Below are positions 39,444-52,260 of a DNA stretch of 64,000 bases, one piece after another (position 1 is the first letter of the stretch; each line of letters starts with the position of its first letter). The stretch is from Octopus vulgaris. Its lineage: Eukaryota. The position numbers were made by a program, and so were the translations under genes. Location: the NCBI GenBank assembly GCA_951406725.2, contig OX597831.1, positions 44,578,001 through 44,642,000 on the forward strand, given 5' to 3'. The notes beneath the pieces are model-generated. The model was not told the DNA's origin. It saw nothing but the letters and a program-made list of their open reading frames with translations, and searched no databases.

Positions 39444-41560
39444 TTTATAATGTACATGCTAAGCTAGTTGATTGCTTTTTCTGAAAATCCCAGCTTTTCC
39501 ATATTGTCACATAGACATTTACACACAAAATCAAGTGCACCAATTATTATTGGTATAAATGTGAAATCAGAAGCCGAAGGTCTTGGAGCAGTTGTCCATA
39601 GTTAGTCTCTTGTTTATGTATCAATGAATAACTGGCAGTTGTATACAGAAATGCATTCTACATTTCTCCTTCAATAATTGTTTCTACAGTATCCTAGAAA
39701 CTTAGGAGTCACCACTTTGCTGGTTAGTTTTCTACTTCAGTTCCCTTCAGAGTAACTTGTGAAGCAGCTACTCTGAGGTTTTCAGCATGTCATGGAATCA
39801 ATTATTAAGTTAAAAAAAAAAAAAAAAAACCAGCTGGAATTTTTGCTTAGTTGAAAAATGTTACTATTTGTAGTATGACATGGAAAGATCACAGTGCTAA
39901 TTCCTTATGGCTGCTAAAAGTAAGAATATTTGTTACAAGAGTAAATGTATATTTTCAACTAAAAGACTGAACATCTTTGGTTATGTAACTGAAAATGGAG
40001 AGATACATCCAGATTCTGAATGGTTCTAATGACTGTAAGTTACCTATTCCTTGGAATATCAAATCACTTCATAGAAATCTTGGCCTTTTTTTTTCCATTA
40101 AATTTAGTGGATATATGATTATTCTAACAAGTTTCATCTTGAGTATGACAACTTTATTTCCTATAACAAAAGTTATGGGTACATAAAGTTATAGGTACTG
40201 TTAAGTTATCGGTACGTAAACACACCAGCTTCGGTTGTCAAGCAATGTTGGGGAGGGGACAAACACAGATACACAAACACACACTCATATATACATATAT
40301 ACGATGGGCTTCTTTCAGTTTCCATCTACCAAATCCACTCACAAGGCTTTGGTTGGCCCGAGGCCATAGTAGAAGACACTTGCCCAAGGTGCCACGCAGT
40401 GGGACTGAACCCGGAACCATGTGGTTGGTAAGCAAGCTACTTACCACACAGCCACTCCTGCAAAGAATTGTAACCCCCTCATCACTCTCTAGCTTCACTC
40501 AGTCACTCCTACCCTCTCTTCTACAGCAGGAAACCTTTTCTGCTCTAGCTCCTCTCATACATCTACACATCTTCCCCCACCCCATCATCTCCTCATATAA
40601 AATTGCTTCCAAATGGTTTGCTAGTCTTGCAAACTGCATGACAACCTCCTTAGCAGCCAGAACACACTGTAAAGTAGTTGATGTTAGGAAGGGCATCCAG
40701 CCATTAGAAACCATGCCAAAGCAGGCATTAAAGCATGATGCAGTCCTTGGGCCCATCAGATCCTTCCAAACCATCCAACCCATTAAATGGTGATGAAGAG
40801 AAACTTATGGCTTACTCTTTATGTTCTACCACAGAGACTTCAGCATTTCTGTGATTGTGTGGATCCAGATTACTTCTACTGAACTGTCACATTCAAATAA
40901 ATTGAACAGACCCTTTCGTCAGTGATGTGAAGCACTCACAAGTAAAGCTTCTCATTAGCTCATGTTTACTACTCTGACATCAAAGAAAGTACCGCGTCTA
41001 TTATGCAACACAATTTTCTCACTAAAACTGGAACTACAACAATTATCTCAAAAATAACCACCTGACCAAAGAAAATAATGGTGTTGGTTTCACATCTATC
41101 ATCTCTTACTAACAGGAAGAAAAAAATAGAATTCAAAGAAAACAATGATAGTCTATGTCAGTAGCAAACTACACATTCTGTTTGTTCTTCATTAGTACCC
41201 AATGAAGTGGAACCCCATATAATTAATGAGCCTATTCTTATTTCTTTATTGCCCACAAGGGGCTGAACATAGAGGGGACAAACAAGGACAGACAAAGGGA
41301 TTAAGTCGATTACATTGACCCCAGTGCAACATAACTGGTACTTAATTTATCAACCCCAAAAGGATGAAAGGCAAAGTCGACCGCAGCGGAATTTGAACTC
41401 AGAACGAAACAGCAGACGAAATACCGCTAAGCATTTTGCCCGGCGTGCTAACGTTTCTGCCAGCTCATTCTGAAGGTACCAGGATAATTCCAGCATCCTG
41501 TTAATTGTTTGGATTTGGGAATTGAACACATGGTTTAGACCAAGAAATGTGCTCCAGATA

Positions 41561-41778
41561 TATGAGGTGGTGCTGAAAAGTTCCTGGCTTTGGGTAAAAG
41601 AAAATGTTGGAGGATCAGTTATGATTTTACTCGACATATTCCCCTCTCAGATTCACACACTTATTGCAGTAGACCTTCAGTTTTTCTAAGCCCTGTAAAA
41701 GAACTCAGAAGGTTGGGCCTCCAACCAGGCCTTTCGCAATACCCTGAAAGCCCGGAACTTTTCAGCATTCCCTCATAC
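41561..41778. mobile_element. ~215-bp mariner-type MITE; further copies at ~1740-1958, ~6342-6553 and ~56170-56391
   Basis: TIR tatgaggtggtgctgaaaagttcc / ggaacttttcagcattccctcata with TA ends; shared body in four copies. Confidence 0.8.
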
Positions 41779-41779
41779 T

Positions 41780-42250
41780 GAAAACATGGTCAGTCTTTAT
41801 CCAGAACTTTAACAAATTGTTCATAATGTCAAGTTTGATATGAAGTAGTGGTGGGATGATTTTTCTCAGTTGAACTAAGGGTTTTTCAACCACATTGAAA
41901 GATCCTGTGACCATTCTTTGATTACTAAATTTTTTTCCCTGACTCTGCTGGCTCACATGCATAAAAAACATGGGTATTTGGTGTATCCACTTTGTTGCCC
42001 CGGAGAAAATTTACCATCTGAAAGTCCATGCATGTCACCCACAGTTAACTGAAATACTTAATTTTCTTTAGCACGGCTCTTTCATGTCTCCATATTTCTC
42101 TGCTAGTTTTGTAGAGTGAACAATTGGAACCAAAGCCAATGCATTTCCATTATGAAGCAGAACACATTTCAGATTTCTTTGTGAACCATCAATATAAAAG
42201 ACACCAATCACTTGCATCATTTTATAGATTGAATTCATGAAGTTTTTGTG
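41780..42250 (-). pseudogene. Decayed DNA-transposon transposase (probably Chapaev3-like)
   Basis: Broken frames with IDGSQRNLKCVLLHNGN..VPIVHS and PPLLHIKLDIM; family assignment from motif recall only. Confidence 0.6.
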
Positions 42251-42774
42251 CATAAATCAAAAAGAAAAAAGGAAAATATGTAATTATTCATAAACTGACC
42301 CAAACAATGGACTGAATTAATTATTCCATTGTAAAAGAAAAATCAGATCTTTCTTTAGTACATAATTGATAAACATTATGTGCATCTTATGAGAATTGAG
42401 AAAATTGTGTGTGAAGAATGACAAGCTTTGCTTAGTTTTGTTGTAAGCATTTAGCCATGTGTGTGTTATCTATATCAATGTGTTATAGTGTTACATGGTG
42501 TTCTATGCTGAATAAAGCATTCAATTTCATACACATGCACAATTCAACTAGAAAACACTGCAACTTGACCTTGAAGCTGCCAAGCTTAGAAAACAAATAT
42601 TCATTCTTCACTGAGTGTCTAGTTAATGCTAAGGGTAGTAAATTTAATCAAGTTACAATCTATCACATCTTACTAACAGGAAAGAACAAGTGAATTCAAG
42701 GAAAACTGCGATAGTTAAAGTCAGCAACAAGCTACACATTCTGTTTGTTCCTAATTAATATACAAATCACTTAA

Positions 42775-42995
42775 CCCTTTCGTTGCCAACCTGGCTGAAA
42801 CCGGCTCTGGCTCTTAAGAATAAATGTCTTGTTTTCGTAAGTTTTGAATTCAAATCTTCCACCAAATCTTAATCACAATTTATGTTCCTAACACTAGCTC
42901 AATAATAACAGTGTTATTTTACTAAATTCTTTGTTATATTTAAAATAATCGGAAGAAACACAGAGCATCTCAAAATGAATACAGTAACGAAAGGG
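42775..42995. mobile_element. piggyBac-type MITE (221 bp)
   Basis: TTAA TSD, CCCTTTCGTT...AACGAAAGGG termini; near-identical copy at 59884-60104. Confidence 0.9.
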
Positions 42996-43418
42996 TTAAA
43001 CCTTATGTCTCTAGTCTATCTGCTGTTTGTCAAAACTACACCTTTTATTCAAATTCACACTGAAAAGTTGATATCTGTGTACATGTTAGATTCTGGATAA
43101 CAGCTGCAGAGATCTCCAGTTACTCTTGTTCAAAATCTCCCTTCTGCATTTGTCAGTCAGTTTAACCCATTCGCATTTCAACTGACCATGTCTAGCCCAA
43201 ATATCCTGCCTATTTTATCTTCAAACTAGCCAGATCTAGTTTATTGAGGCAGATTTTCAACAGCCAAATGCCACTGCTTGTAATGCAGTGCCAACTATTT
43301 TACCACTACCGTGTGATGTCAAAACAAGAAGACACAAAACATATACACACATACTTACATGTATATGTGTGTGTGTGTATGTGCATACTTGGAAATCATA
43401 TAATGATATAAATAAAAG

Positions 43419-43449
<31 letters not shown>

Positions 43450-43529
43450 ACAAAATAATAAATAAAACATATGCATATATACATACATATATGTACGTAC
43501 CTACATCTATATGTATATATACATGCATA

Positions 43530-44160
43530 TATGGGTACAGGACACCAAAAAAACGTTGAACACAATGAGAAACGTAAACAAACACAAAACCAAGGAAAGG
43601 GACATTTTTCTTAAACAATGAAAAAATAGAGTACAAGACATACAACACAAGGAACATTCCTCTTCTTCAGCCGCCTCTGTTTCATCTACTCCGCGTTTCG
43701 AAGGTAAAGGCAAGACACGACTTCGTTGAAACAGTCCTTCCCGCAAAAGCAAATTAAATAAAATTTGAGATTTTTTTGCGGAGGGGTAAAAATGGTAACA
43801 AAAACAGGACAGTAAAAACAATACAAAATATAAACAGTAAAACACAGGACAAGGAGAATAACAGTTACACGAACATTGAGGGCTGTTAAGCCAGAACGAA
43901 TGAAAAAATATTTTGAAAGCTTTGAAGACGGTGAGACAGGGAAAGCCGTCTACATCCACATTTCAAGTATTTAGAGAATGTTATTTACGACTGGTTCATA
44001 GGGCTACCCAGGGCTTTGTGTCCATAAAGTACTTGGCTTTACACACGTCTTGTCAGATCCAGGGCAACCTGATGGAACTGGCCATAACTGACATCCTCTA
44101 AATACTCTACTGTTCTATAACATAGAGAGAGTGTGCTTCTCTTTCGGATTTGTGAGTTAC
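43530..44160 (-). mobile_element. TGGGTACAGGAC-end family element, longest copy
   Basis: Same terminus after a TA/CA run; shares ttcag...tctactcc...tttcga and the aaataaaatttg hairpin with the copy at ~6060-6190. Confidence 0.65.
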
Positions 44161-45764
44161 TGATATATTCTTTTATTTGTTTCAGTCATTTGACTGTGGC
44201 CATGCTGGAGCTCTGCCTTTAGTCGAACAAATCAACCCCAGTACTTATCCTTTGTAAGCCTAGTACTTATTCTATTGGTCTCTTTTACTGAACTGCTAAG
44301 TTACTGGGACGTGAACACACCAACATCAGTTGTCAAGCGATGGTGGGGGGACAAACACAGACACACACATTTATATATATATATATATATATACGACAGG
44401 CTTCTTTCAGTTTCCGTCTACGAAATCCACTCAGCCCGAGGCTATAGTAGAAGACACTTGCCCAAGGTGCCATGCAGTGGAATTGAAATCAGAACCATGT
44501 GGTTGGTAAGCAAGCTACTTACCACACAGCCACTCCTGCACCTATGGATGTGATCTTTCATTGGTTTTCCCTTATACCTATGTGAGTTATTTCTGAGTAT
44601 GCATTGTCTGGGAGACTTTTCTTGCAGTAGAAGAAATAGCCAAATTTTTGGCTGTTATTTCTAAAAAGCTCGGTATGTGGTAAAGTAAATTATTTTACTT
44701 TACCCTATTTTTATAAAGTATATATATATATATATATATCATCATCATCATCATCATCGTTTAGCGTCCGCTTTCCATGCTAGCATGGGTTGGACGGTTC
44801 AACTGGGGTCTGGGAAGCCAGAAGGCTGCACCAGGCCCAGTCTGATCTGGCAATGTTTCTACGGCTGGATGCCCTTCCTAACGCCAACCACTCCGTGAGT
44901 GTAGTGGGTGCTTTCATATACGGTACAGGTGCCAGACGAGGCTGGCAAACGGCTACGATTGGATGGTGCTTCTTACGTGCCTTTTACGTATTCTTAAACA
45001 TGAATATTATTGACAGTGACTTACAAATTTTAGCTATGCCATAATTGGATGATGGCACAACTGGCTGAAAATTTGTAGTCACTGGCAATAATATTCTTGT
45101 TTATAATAGATTTGTACTTTACAAAAGCATAGAGTAACCCAGCAGATTAATGAAGAGACACAAGCATTCACACACACACACACATGCATACATGCACAGT
45201 GGGCTTCTTTTAGTTTCCATTGACCAAATCCACACACAAAGCATTTATCAGGCTAGAGTTTAAGTAAAAAAAATACTTGCTCAAGGTTGCCAGTCAGTGA
45301 GACTGAACCTAAAAACCACATGACAAGAAAGCAAACCTTTTAACCACACAGCCATGCATGTTCCTGTATGAACTTAATTAAGAAACTCTTCTGTTTCCTG
45401 AATAAGATTTAGGAAATTCCCATGACATCAGAGACCCACTCCTATGATCAACTGCTGTGATAACGTAAGATGTTGACATTTATCAACACAGAGCAGATTA
45501 TCAGAGGATTCCTTTCTTGGATGACAATCAACATTGTTTTAGTGTTCATTACTCTTTTACTCGTTTCAGTCATTTGACTGTGGCCATGCTGGAGCACCGT
45601 CTTTAGTTGAGAAACATCAAACACCAGGACTTATTCTTTGTAAGCCTAGTACTTATTCTATCAGTCTCTTTTGCGGAACCACTAAGTTATGGGGACATAA
45701 ACACACCAGTATCGGTTGTCAAGCGATGTTGGGGTGGGGGGCAGACACAGACACACAAACATAT

Positions 45765-45796
<32 letters not shown>

Positions 45797-45910
45797 TGAT
45801 AAAAATGGTAAGACAACAAAAGAATGAAAGAGACCTCGATATTATGTAAATAGAGGAATTTACTTGTAAATTTCTTTTTTTTTTTCATAGAATTTTTTTC
45901 TGATGGTTGC

Positions 45911-45969
45911 ATAACTGAAGAGATGGCAGCGTGGATTTCCACCTTGGCATCTGAAACTCAGAGTTTTAT
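45911..45969 (+). ncRNA. Hammerhead-like motif in a ~210-bp element (45797-46008) inserted in the (TA)n of a SINE
   Basis: auaa CUGAAGA (45915-45921) gaug...cauc u GAAA (45953-45956) CUC-A-GAGUU^uuau; one extra U before GAAA. Confidence 0.55.
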
Positions 45970-46198
45970 CATGGCTACCGAATAATTGTCACATATCACA
46001 TTTACAGGTATATATATATACACACATATGACCGGCTTCTTTCAGTTTCTGTCTACCAAATCCATGCACAAGGTTTTGGTCGGCCCGAGGCTATAGCAGA
46101 AGACACTTGCCCAAGGTGCCATGCAGTGGGACTGAACCCGGAACCATGTAGTTCGTAAGCGAGCTACCTACCACACAGCCACTCCTATGCCTTGTTAA

Positions 46199-46274
46199 AC
46201 TCTCAGATCATCCCTCCCTCCCGTGGAGGAGGCGGAACAGCAACAGCAGCAACAACAAAATCAACCACAACCAG

Positions 46275-46307
<33 letters not shown>

Positions 46308-47088
46308 TAGAGCAGCAGCAACAACAAAATCAACCACAACCAGAGCAGCAGCAACAACAAAATCAACCACAACCAGAGCAGCAGCAACAACAACATCAAC
46401 AACAACAACAGCAACAACAAAATCAACCACAACCAGAGCAACAGCAGCAACAACAACACCAATTGACCAGTGCGGTTCTTGCAGAACTGCAACAATCGAT
46501 CTGTGCTTTAAAAGGGGAAGTAGCAGGAATAAAAGCAACCATACAGGTTGGACTCCACAATGAGGGGTCTTATCGGAATGCTCTGCTAAAGAACCTCCCT
46601 GTACCTGTACCTCTTGTCGCATTTAAGACCGCGGATTCTGCCACCCATGAAGTCATTGCCATTGGGGTGCCAGAAGACATGGCTGATCTTCAGGCTTTTG
46701 CTGCCAACTCAGCCAAAGACCTAGGCTGCGTTCCCCCAACGGGTGCTATCTGCCTTGGACGACCTGGCCCAAAACCTAGGCTCATCAAGTTGTCTTTTAC
46801 GGACCCCACTGAGGCAACCTCTTACCATCTGGCCTCAGTTAAAGCTGGGCAGGAAAATCGGACCACCTTCCGAACACGCCCAGGCTTACCGTCCGATGTA
46901 CGTCCGAAGCTACGTGTAGTGGCTTCCCTGAATAGGAACTCAGCTCTACAGGAAAGCTTCAGTCTTCGGAAGATGGACAAATCTGGAGATTTGTCAAGAC
47001 TGCTGAAACGTGGAAGAGAGATACCAGCTGGTCTGAGTGCTCTCTACCCACAATAACTAAAAAGACTACAGCAACTCAGGGAAACTAA
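46199..47088 (+). CDS. LINE ORF1 (polyQ/QNQPQPE repeats, coiled coil, C-terminal domain); 1-nt frame disruption near 46969
   Basis: Frame open from 46199 with no early ATG; a -1 shift at ~46969 gives EDGQIWRFVKTAETWKRDTSW...QGN* ending at TAA 47086-47088. Confidence 0.7.
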
Positions 47089-49909
47089 GCCAGAACAACC
47101 TGCCATCCTCTACACACCATCATAAACTGCGAGCAGGGTACAAATTGTTGTCCTTAAATGCTCGCAGTTTATGCAACAAAATACATTTGTTCAACGCCTA
47201 CGTCAGAAGTGTTGACCCTGACTTCATCACTGTCACGGAAACATGGGCGCATTCCTTACTCTGTGATGGGGTTTTCAACATTACGGGGTACAACCTCTTC
47301 CGTAAGGACCGCACTAACCACCGTGGTGGTGGTGTGATGGTCTACGTTCGTTCAAATTTTTTGGTAATTCCTTGTGCCGATTTGAACGAATCACAAGAAG
47401 AAGTTTTTTTCTGTGACGTGCGTATGACCATGTCAACACTCCTGCTTGGCGTTGTTTATCGTCCCCCAAGTTACCATCGGGACACACAGCTTTGCAATGT
47501 CCTCCGAGCTGCTGCCAGGAAAACAGCCACTTATGTGTTTATTGCAGGCGATTTCAATCATCCTGAGATCGATTGGGAGACCTTCCATTGGCCACAGAGT
47601 GCAAACGATTTTGTTGAGCTTGTGCTGGACTCAAACTGGTCACAAGTAGTCACCTCTCCAACAAGAGGCGACAACACCTTGGACCTGCTCTTCACCACAA
47701 CTCCTGAAGCAGTTATCAATTGCACTACGGAGGAACCTCTAGGTGACTCTGATCATGCTATGATCATCGCCAATCTGGCTCTTGCGGGCAACAAAAACCT
47801 GAACCATCTCCAATCTGCTTCCTTCGATTGGAAGAGAGCAGATTGGAACCTGTGCCACACTGAACTACAGCACCCAAACTGGCGTGAATTCTACAACTCT
47901 GGAGATGTGAATACTATACTCCAGAGTATCCTGGACTCAATATGGGCAGCATGTGCAGCATCAGTGCCACGTAAACAAAAAAAGAAGAACCGCCCCAAAA
48001 GGGCAATTTGGGAAACTTCAGCGGTCCGACTTGCCAGGAGGGAACGTCGGACTGCTGAACGGGAATACAGGTTGCATAAATCAGACACCAACAGGAAGAA
48101 GCGGAATAAATCCTCCAACCATCTCAAGCAGGTGACAAAAAGGCAGTGCTTGAATTTGAACAGTGCATAGCAGCCAATCCTGACAGCAAGGTTTTCTGGA
48201 AATATGTGCACTCAAAGCAGAGACCTCACTCTCCAGTGGGCCCTCTTCGCAACCCTCACACAAACCAGATCACTGACGACCCCAAGGAATGCGCAGAACT
48301 CATTGCCGAGTGCTATGCAAACATATTCACTGTTGAAAGTCAAAATGTACCATCTTCACCATCACTAACAGCAAACTCCATAACAACTATGGAATTTACA
48401 CCTGCAATGCTGCGACGTCACCTTCAAAATAAGCGCAACTATGCCTCCCCTGGTCTCGATGGAGTTACATACCTGCTTCTCAAACGTGGCAGGCACTTCC
48501 TTTTACACCAGCTTTCTATTTTCTTCCAGTACTGTCTCAACAATGGTGCTACTCCGGAGCAGTGGAAAACTGCCAGTGTCATTCCTCTGTTCAAAAAGGG
48601 CGACCGCACATCACCTGTCAACTATCGCCCAGTCAGTCTCACTAGCTGTATTGCAAAACTGATGGAATCGTGTGTCAGAGAAACACTCTGGAACTTCTGG
48701 AGCTCTCACAGTCTCATCCGACCCTCACAATATGGATTTGTCCCTAATTCCAGCTGCAGTGACCAGCTTGTCGAGTTCCTTGAGGACATTACTCAGATTA
48801 CTGACAGTGGCTCATGGGTGGATGTTGTCTACCTTGACTTTGCTAAGGCTTTCAACTCTGTGCCACACAAAAGGCTTATGGTGAAACTCTCTGCAATGGG
48901 TGTGGGGGATGACCTTTTTAACTGGTTGAAATCCTTCATCCTCAGCCGAAAGGAGGTAGTCACAGTTCTAGGACAGCACTCTACACCATATGAGATGTCA
49001 TCGGGTGTACCACAGGGATCTGTCCTTGGTCCCCTCTTGTTTGTGGCATACATTAACGACATAGATGCCAATTTAAAGAATGCCACAGTATTGAAATATG
49101 CAGACGACATCAAGCTGTACCTTGAAATCAAGAGGACAGATCCTGATGTCTACAACTCTTTCCTGCAATCAGACCTAGACACAATGCAGCAATGGATCAC
49201 AGACTGGCAACTGAAACTGGCTGTGGACAAGTGTACCACCATGCATTTTGGGAGAAAAAACCCTGAGTTCACATACTCCCTCCACAACACTGATATCAAG
49301 AAATCCTCTTGTGAGCGTGACCTAGGCATCACTGTCAGCAGTGATTTGCGTTGGTCAAAGCATATCTCTAAGATTGTCAGGAAGGCCGAGGGTGTCTTGG
49401 CATCACTCAGCAGGTCTTTTGTTAGCCACTCTCCAGCCATCTATTTAAAACTGTATACAGCTATGGTACGACCACACTTGGAATTCGCATCATCAGTTTG
49501 GAACCCCTATCTTGCACAGAACATTGACCTCCTGGAATCTGTCCAGAGACGTGCAACCAAACGCATACCCTCCATCAGACACCTACCATATTCTGAGCGC
49601 CTTGTTTCCCTGGGCATGGATTCACTGAAGCTCCGGCGTTTGGCGACGGACTTGGTAAACACCCACAAAGTTATCAACCACCTCACCAACAACAACACTG
49701 AACACCTTTTTGATCTCCATGTGTCTAACACACGTGGACATGCCTACAAAGTCAGAAAACAATACAGCTCCCATGACTTTCGGAAACATTTTTTCACGCT
49801 CAGAGTTGCTGAAGCATGGAATAAACTGCCAGCGTCAGTTGTTGACTGCCATGACACTGCATCTTTTAAGGCCCTCATGCTTTCCGAAATCCGCCGAAAC
49901 TACACCTGA
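47061..49909 (+). CDS. LINE ORF2: AP-endonuclease + reverse transcriptase; 1-nt frame disruption in the A5 run at 48137-48141
   Basis: EN motifs LNARS, VTETW, GDFN, LDL, SDH; RT motifs YRPVSLTS, QYGF, LDFAKAF, GVPQGSVLGP, YADD; CR1-like C-terminus (LESVQRRATK, TRGH, WNKLP). Confidence 0.95.
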
Positions 49910-52130
49910 TTATATATACACTTTAGATGAGTTGTAGTGCACCTGAGCACTGTACACAATTATTATTATTATTATTATTATTATTATTGAACAGATCTAT
50001 GGTCAAAAATAATCCAGCTGAGAGCCTCACATTTCATCTAATTCACATGACCAGACATACAGTACTCAGAGCTATGTGTCCTTCTTTCCTAAGACAGTTG
50101 AATGTGATTTAGTTGCTCCTTCTAGTAGGCTGGGTGATGGAATACAAACTCACTGCTCTCTTGAAGAGTTTCAGTTTGCACCCATACAGTCCTCAGGTTC
50201 AATCTCACTATGTGGCACCTTGTGTAAATGTTTCTTACTATGGCCCCAGACTGACCAACGCCTTGTGAGTGAATTTGGTAGATGGGAAAATGTGTAGAAG
50301 CCCATTGTAAATATTTGTGCATGCATGGATGTATATGTGTGTGTGTGTGTGTGCATGCACATGTGTGTGTGTGTGTGTGTCTTTGTGCTTGTGTATGTCC
50401 CCAACTGCTTGATAACCAGCATTGGTTTGTTTACATCTGCTTAGCAGTTTTGCAAAATGGACTGAGAGAGTAAGTATTCAACTTAAAAATAAGCACTGGG
50501 CAGGGTCTGTTTGGTGAAGGCATGTGGCTTATTGGTTAGGGTGTTCAGTTCACAATTGTAAGGTCGTGAGTTCAATTCATGTGAATGCATTGTATCCTTG
50601 AGCAAGACACTTTATTTCATGTTGCTCCAGTTCATTCAGCTGGCAAAAAAAACAAAAAAAAAACAAGTAGTACCTATATTTCAAAGGGCTTTGTCGCACT
50701 CTGTGTCATGCTGAATGTGATCTATGTTAAGGGTACATGTGTCTGTGGAGTGCTCAGCCATTTGGGAGCTGTTCTATTGATTGGATCAACTAGAACCCCT
50801 ATCATCATAACCGACGGAGCACCAGGGTCTGTTTGACTGAAACTCAACAAGGTGGTGCTCCAGCAGCATTACTATAGTCCAATGACTGAAACAAGGAAAA
50901 AAATAGAAGATACTTTTATGAGAGATGGTTGCTGAATAACAGACATTTTCCCACAATTCTGTGTCATCTTGAGTTTGAGGGTCAACCACTTCACACTGAA
51001 CCCCTCACCAGTATTTCAATATTTTCTGTAGTCATCCGTTGCTATGGACACTATCACACAAGCAAGAAGAGAAAGACACTAAGCAATCACTCAACATGTT
51101 AGAAATAGCAGATAAATCTCCTTTTAATCACAGCTTTAGTGAGTGATTTGACAGGATCTGACAGATACAAATACTCCACATTGTGCTTCAAACACACACA
51201 CACACACACACAACAGATTTCATTCAGTTTCCATCTACCAAATCCAATTACAAGGCATTGATCAGCTCCCAAGGCAAAAGCAGAAGACATTTGTCCAAGG
51301 TGCTACATAGTAGAGTTGAACCCTTCATCATATGGTTCCAAAGCAAGCTTCTAAACCACATAGCCAGGCTAATAGTCTCAAAAGAAAAAACAAGACACTT
51401 TAGGAAAACACAATAAACCAGTGTACCAAATTACTGGAAGTAAAAATAACACAGTCAATACTTGAATGCCTTTGCTTAAAATTTTGATGGATCATAAATG
51501 ACCCAAGGCTAAACTCCTGCTAACACACAGCATGTTTCAATGCTGTTGGATAAAATAACATTTATTACTTGAACAATACCATTTTTGTGAATACTTCATC
51601 AAAGATATATATATATATATATATATATATATCATCATCATCGTTTAACGTCTGCTTTCCATGCTAGCATGGGTTGGACGATTTGACTGAGGACTGGCGA
51701 ACCAGATGGCTGCACCAGGCTCCAATCTGATCTGGCAGAGTTTCGACAGCTGGATGCTCTTCCTAACGCCAACCACTCCAAGAGTGTAGTGGGTGCTTTT
51801 ACATGCCACCAGTACAAGGGCCAGTCAGGCGGTACTGGCAATGTCCACGCTCAAATGGTGTTTTTTACGTGCCACCTGCACAGGAGCCGGTCCAGCGGCA
51901 CTGGCAACGTCCTCACTCGAATGTTTTTTCACATGCCACCAGTACAAGTGCCAGTAAGGCGACACTGGTAATGATCATGCTTGAATGGTGCTTTTTACGT
52001 GCCACCAGCATGGAAGCCAGTTAGCTGCTCTGGCAACGATCATGGTCGGATGGTGCTCTTAGCGCTCCACTAGCACGGATACCAGTCATCGAAATTGATT
52101 TCGATTTCACTTGCCTCAACAGGTCTTCGC

Positions 52131-52164
<34 letters not shown>

Positions 52165-52260
52165 CCCTCTCTCTCTTTCGGAGAGGCACTGAGCAGCTAT
52201 ACGCACACATATACACACGGCAGTAACTTCCACCTACCGAATTGAATCACAAAGCTCGTC

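Larger units (their letters stand above)
46195..49988 (+). mobile_element. CR1-clade non-LTR retrotransposon (LINE), near full length, probably 5'-truncated in ORF1
   Basis: ORF1 + APE endonuclease + RT, short 3' UTR and (TTA)n tail at ~49959-49988; GC content clearly above the flanks. Confidence 0.95.

Noticed and set aside
43900-44160. Possible GIY-YIG/RT coding remnant at the inner end of the TGGGTACAGGAC element
   Set aside because: The three minus-strand frames I translated have stops and no recognisable motif; the Penelope link remains unproven
46192-46622. Mucin-like Thr/Ala ORF (+) and hydrophobic Val/Ala or Leu ORFs (-)
   Set aside because: Alternative frames of the CAA/CAG repeat in LINE ORF1; only the Gln frame continues into the coiled coil and the rest of ORF1
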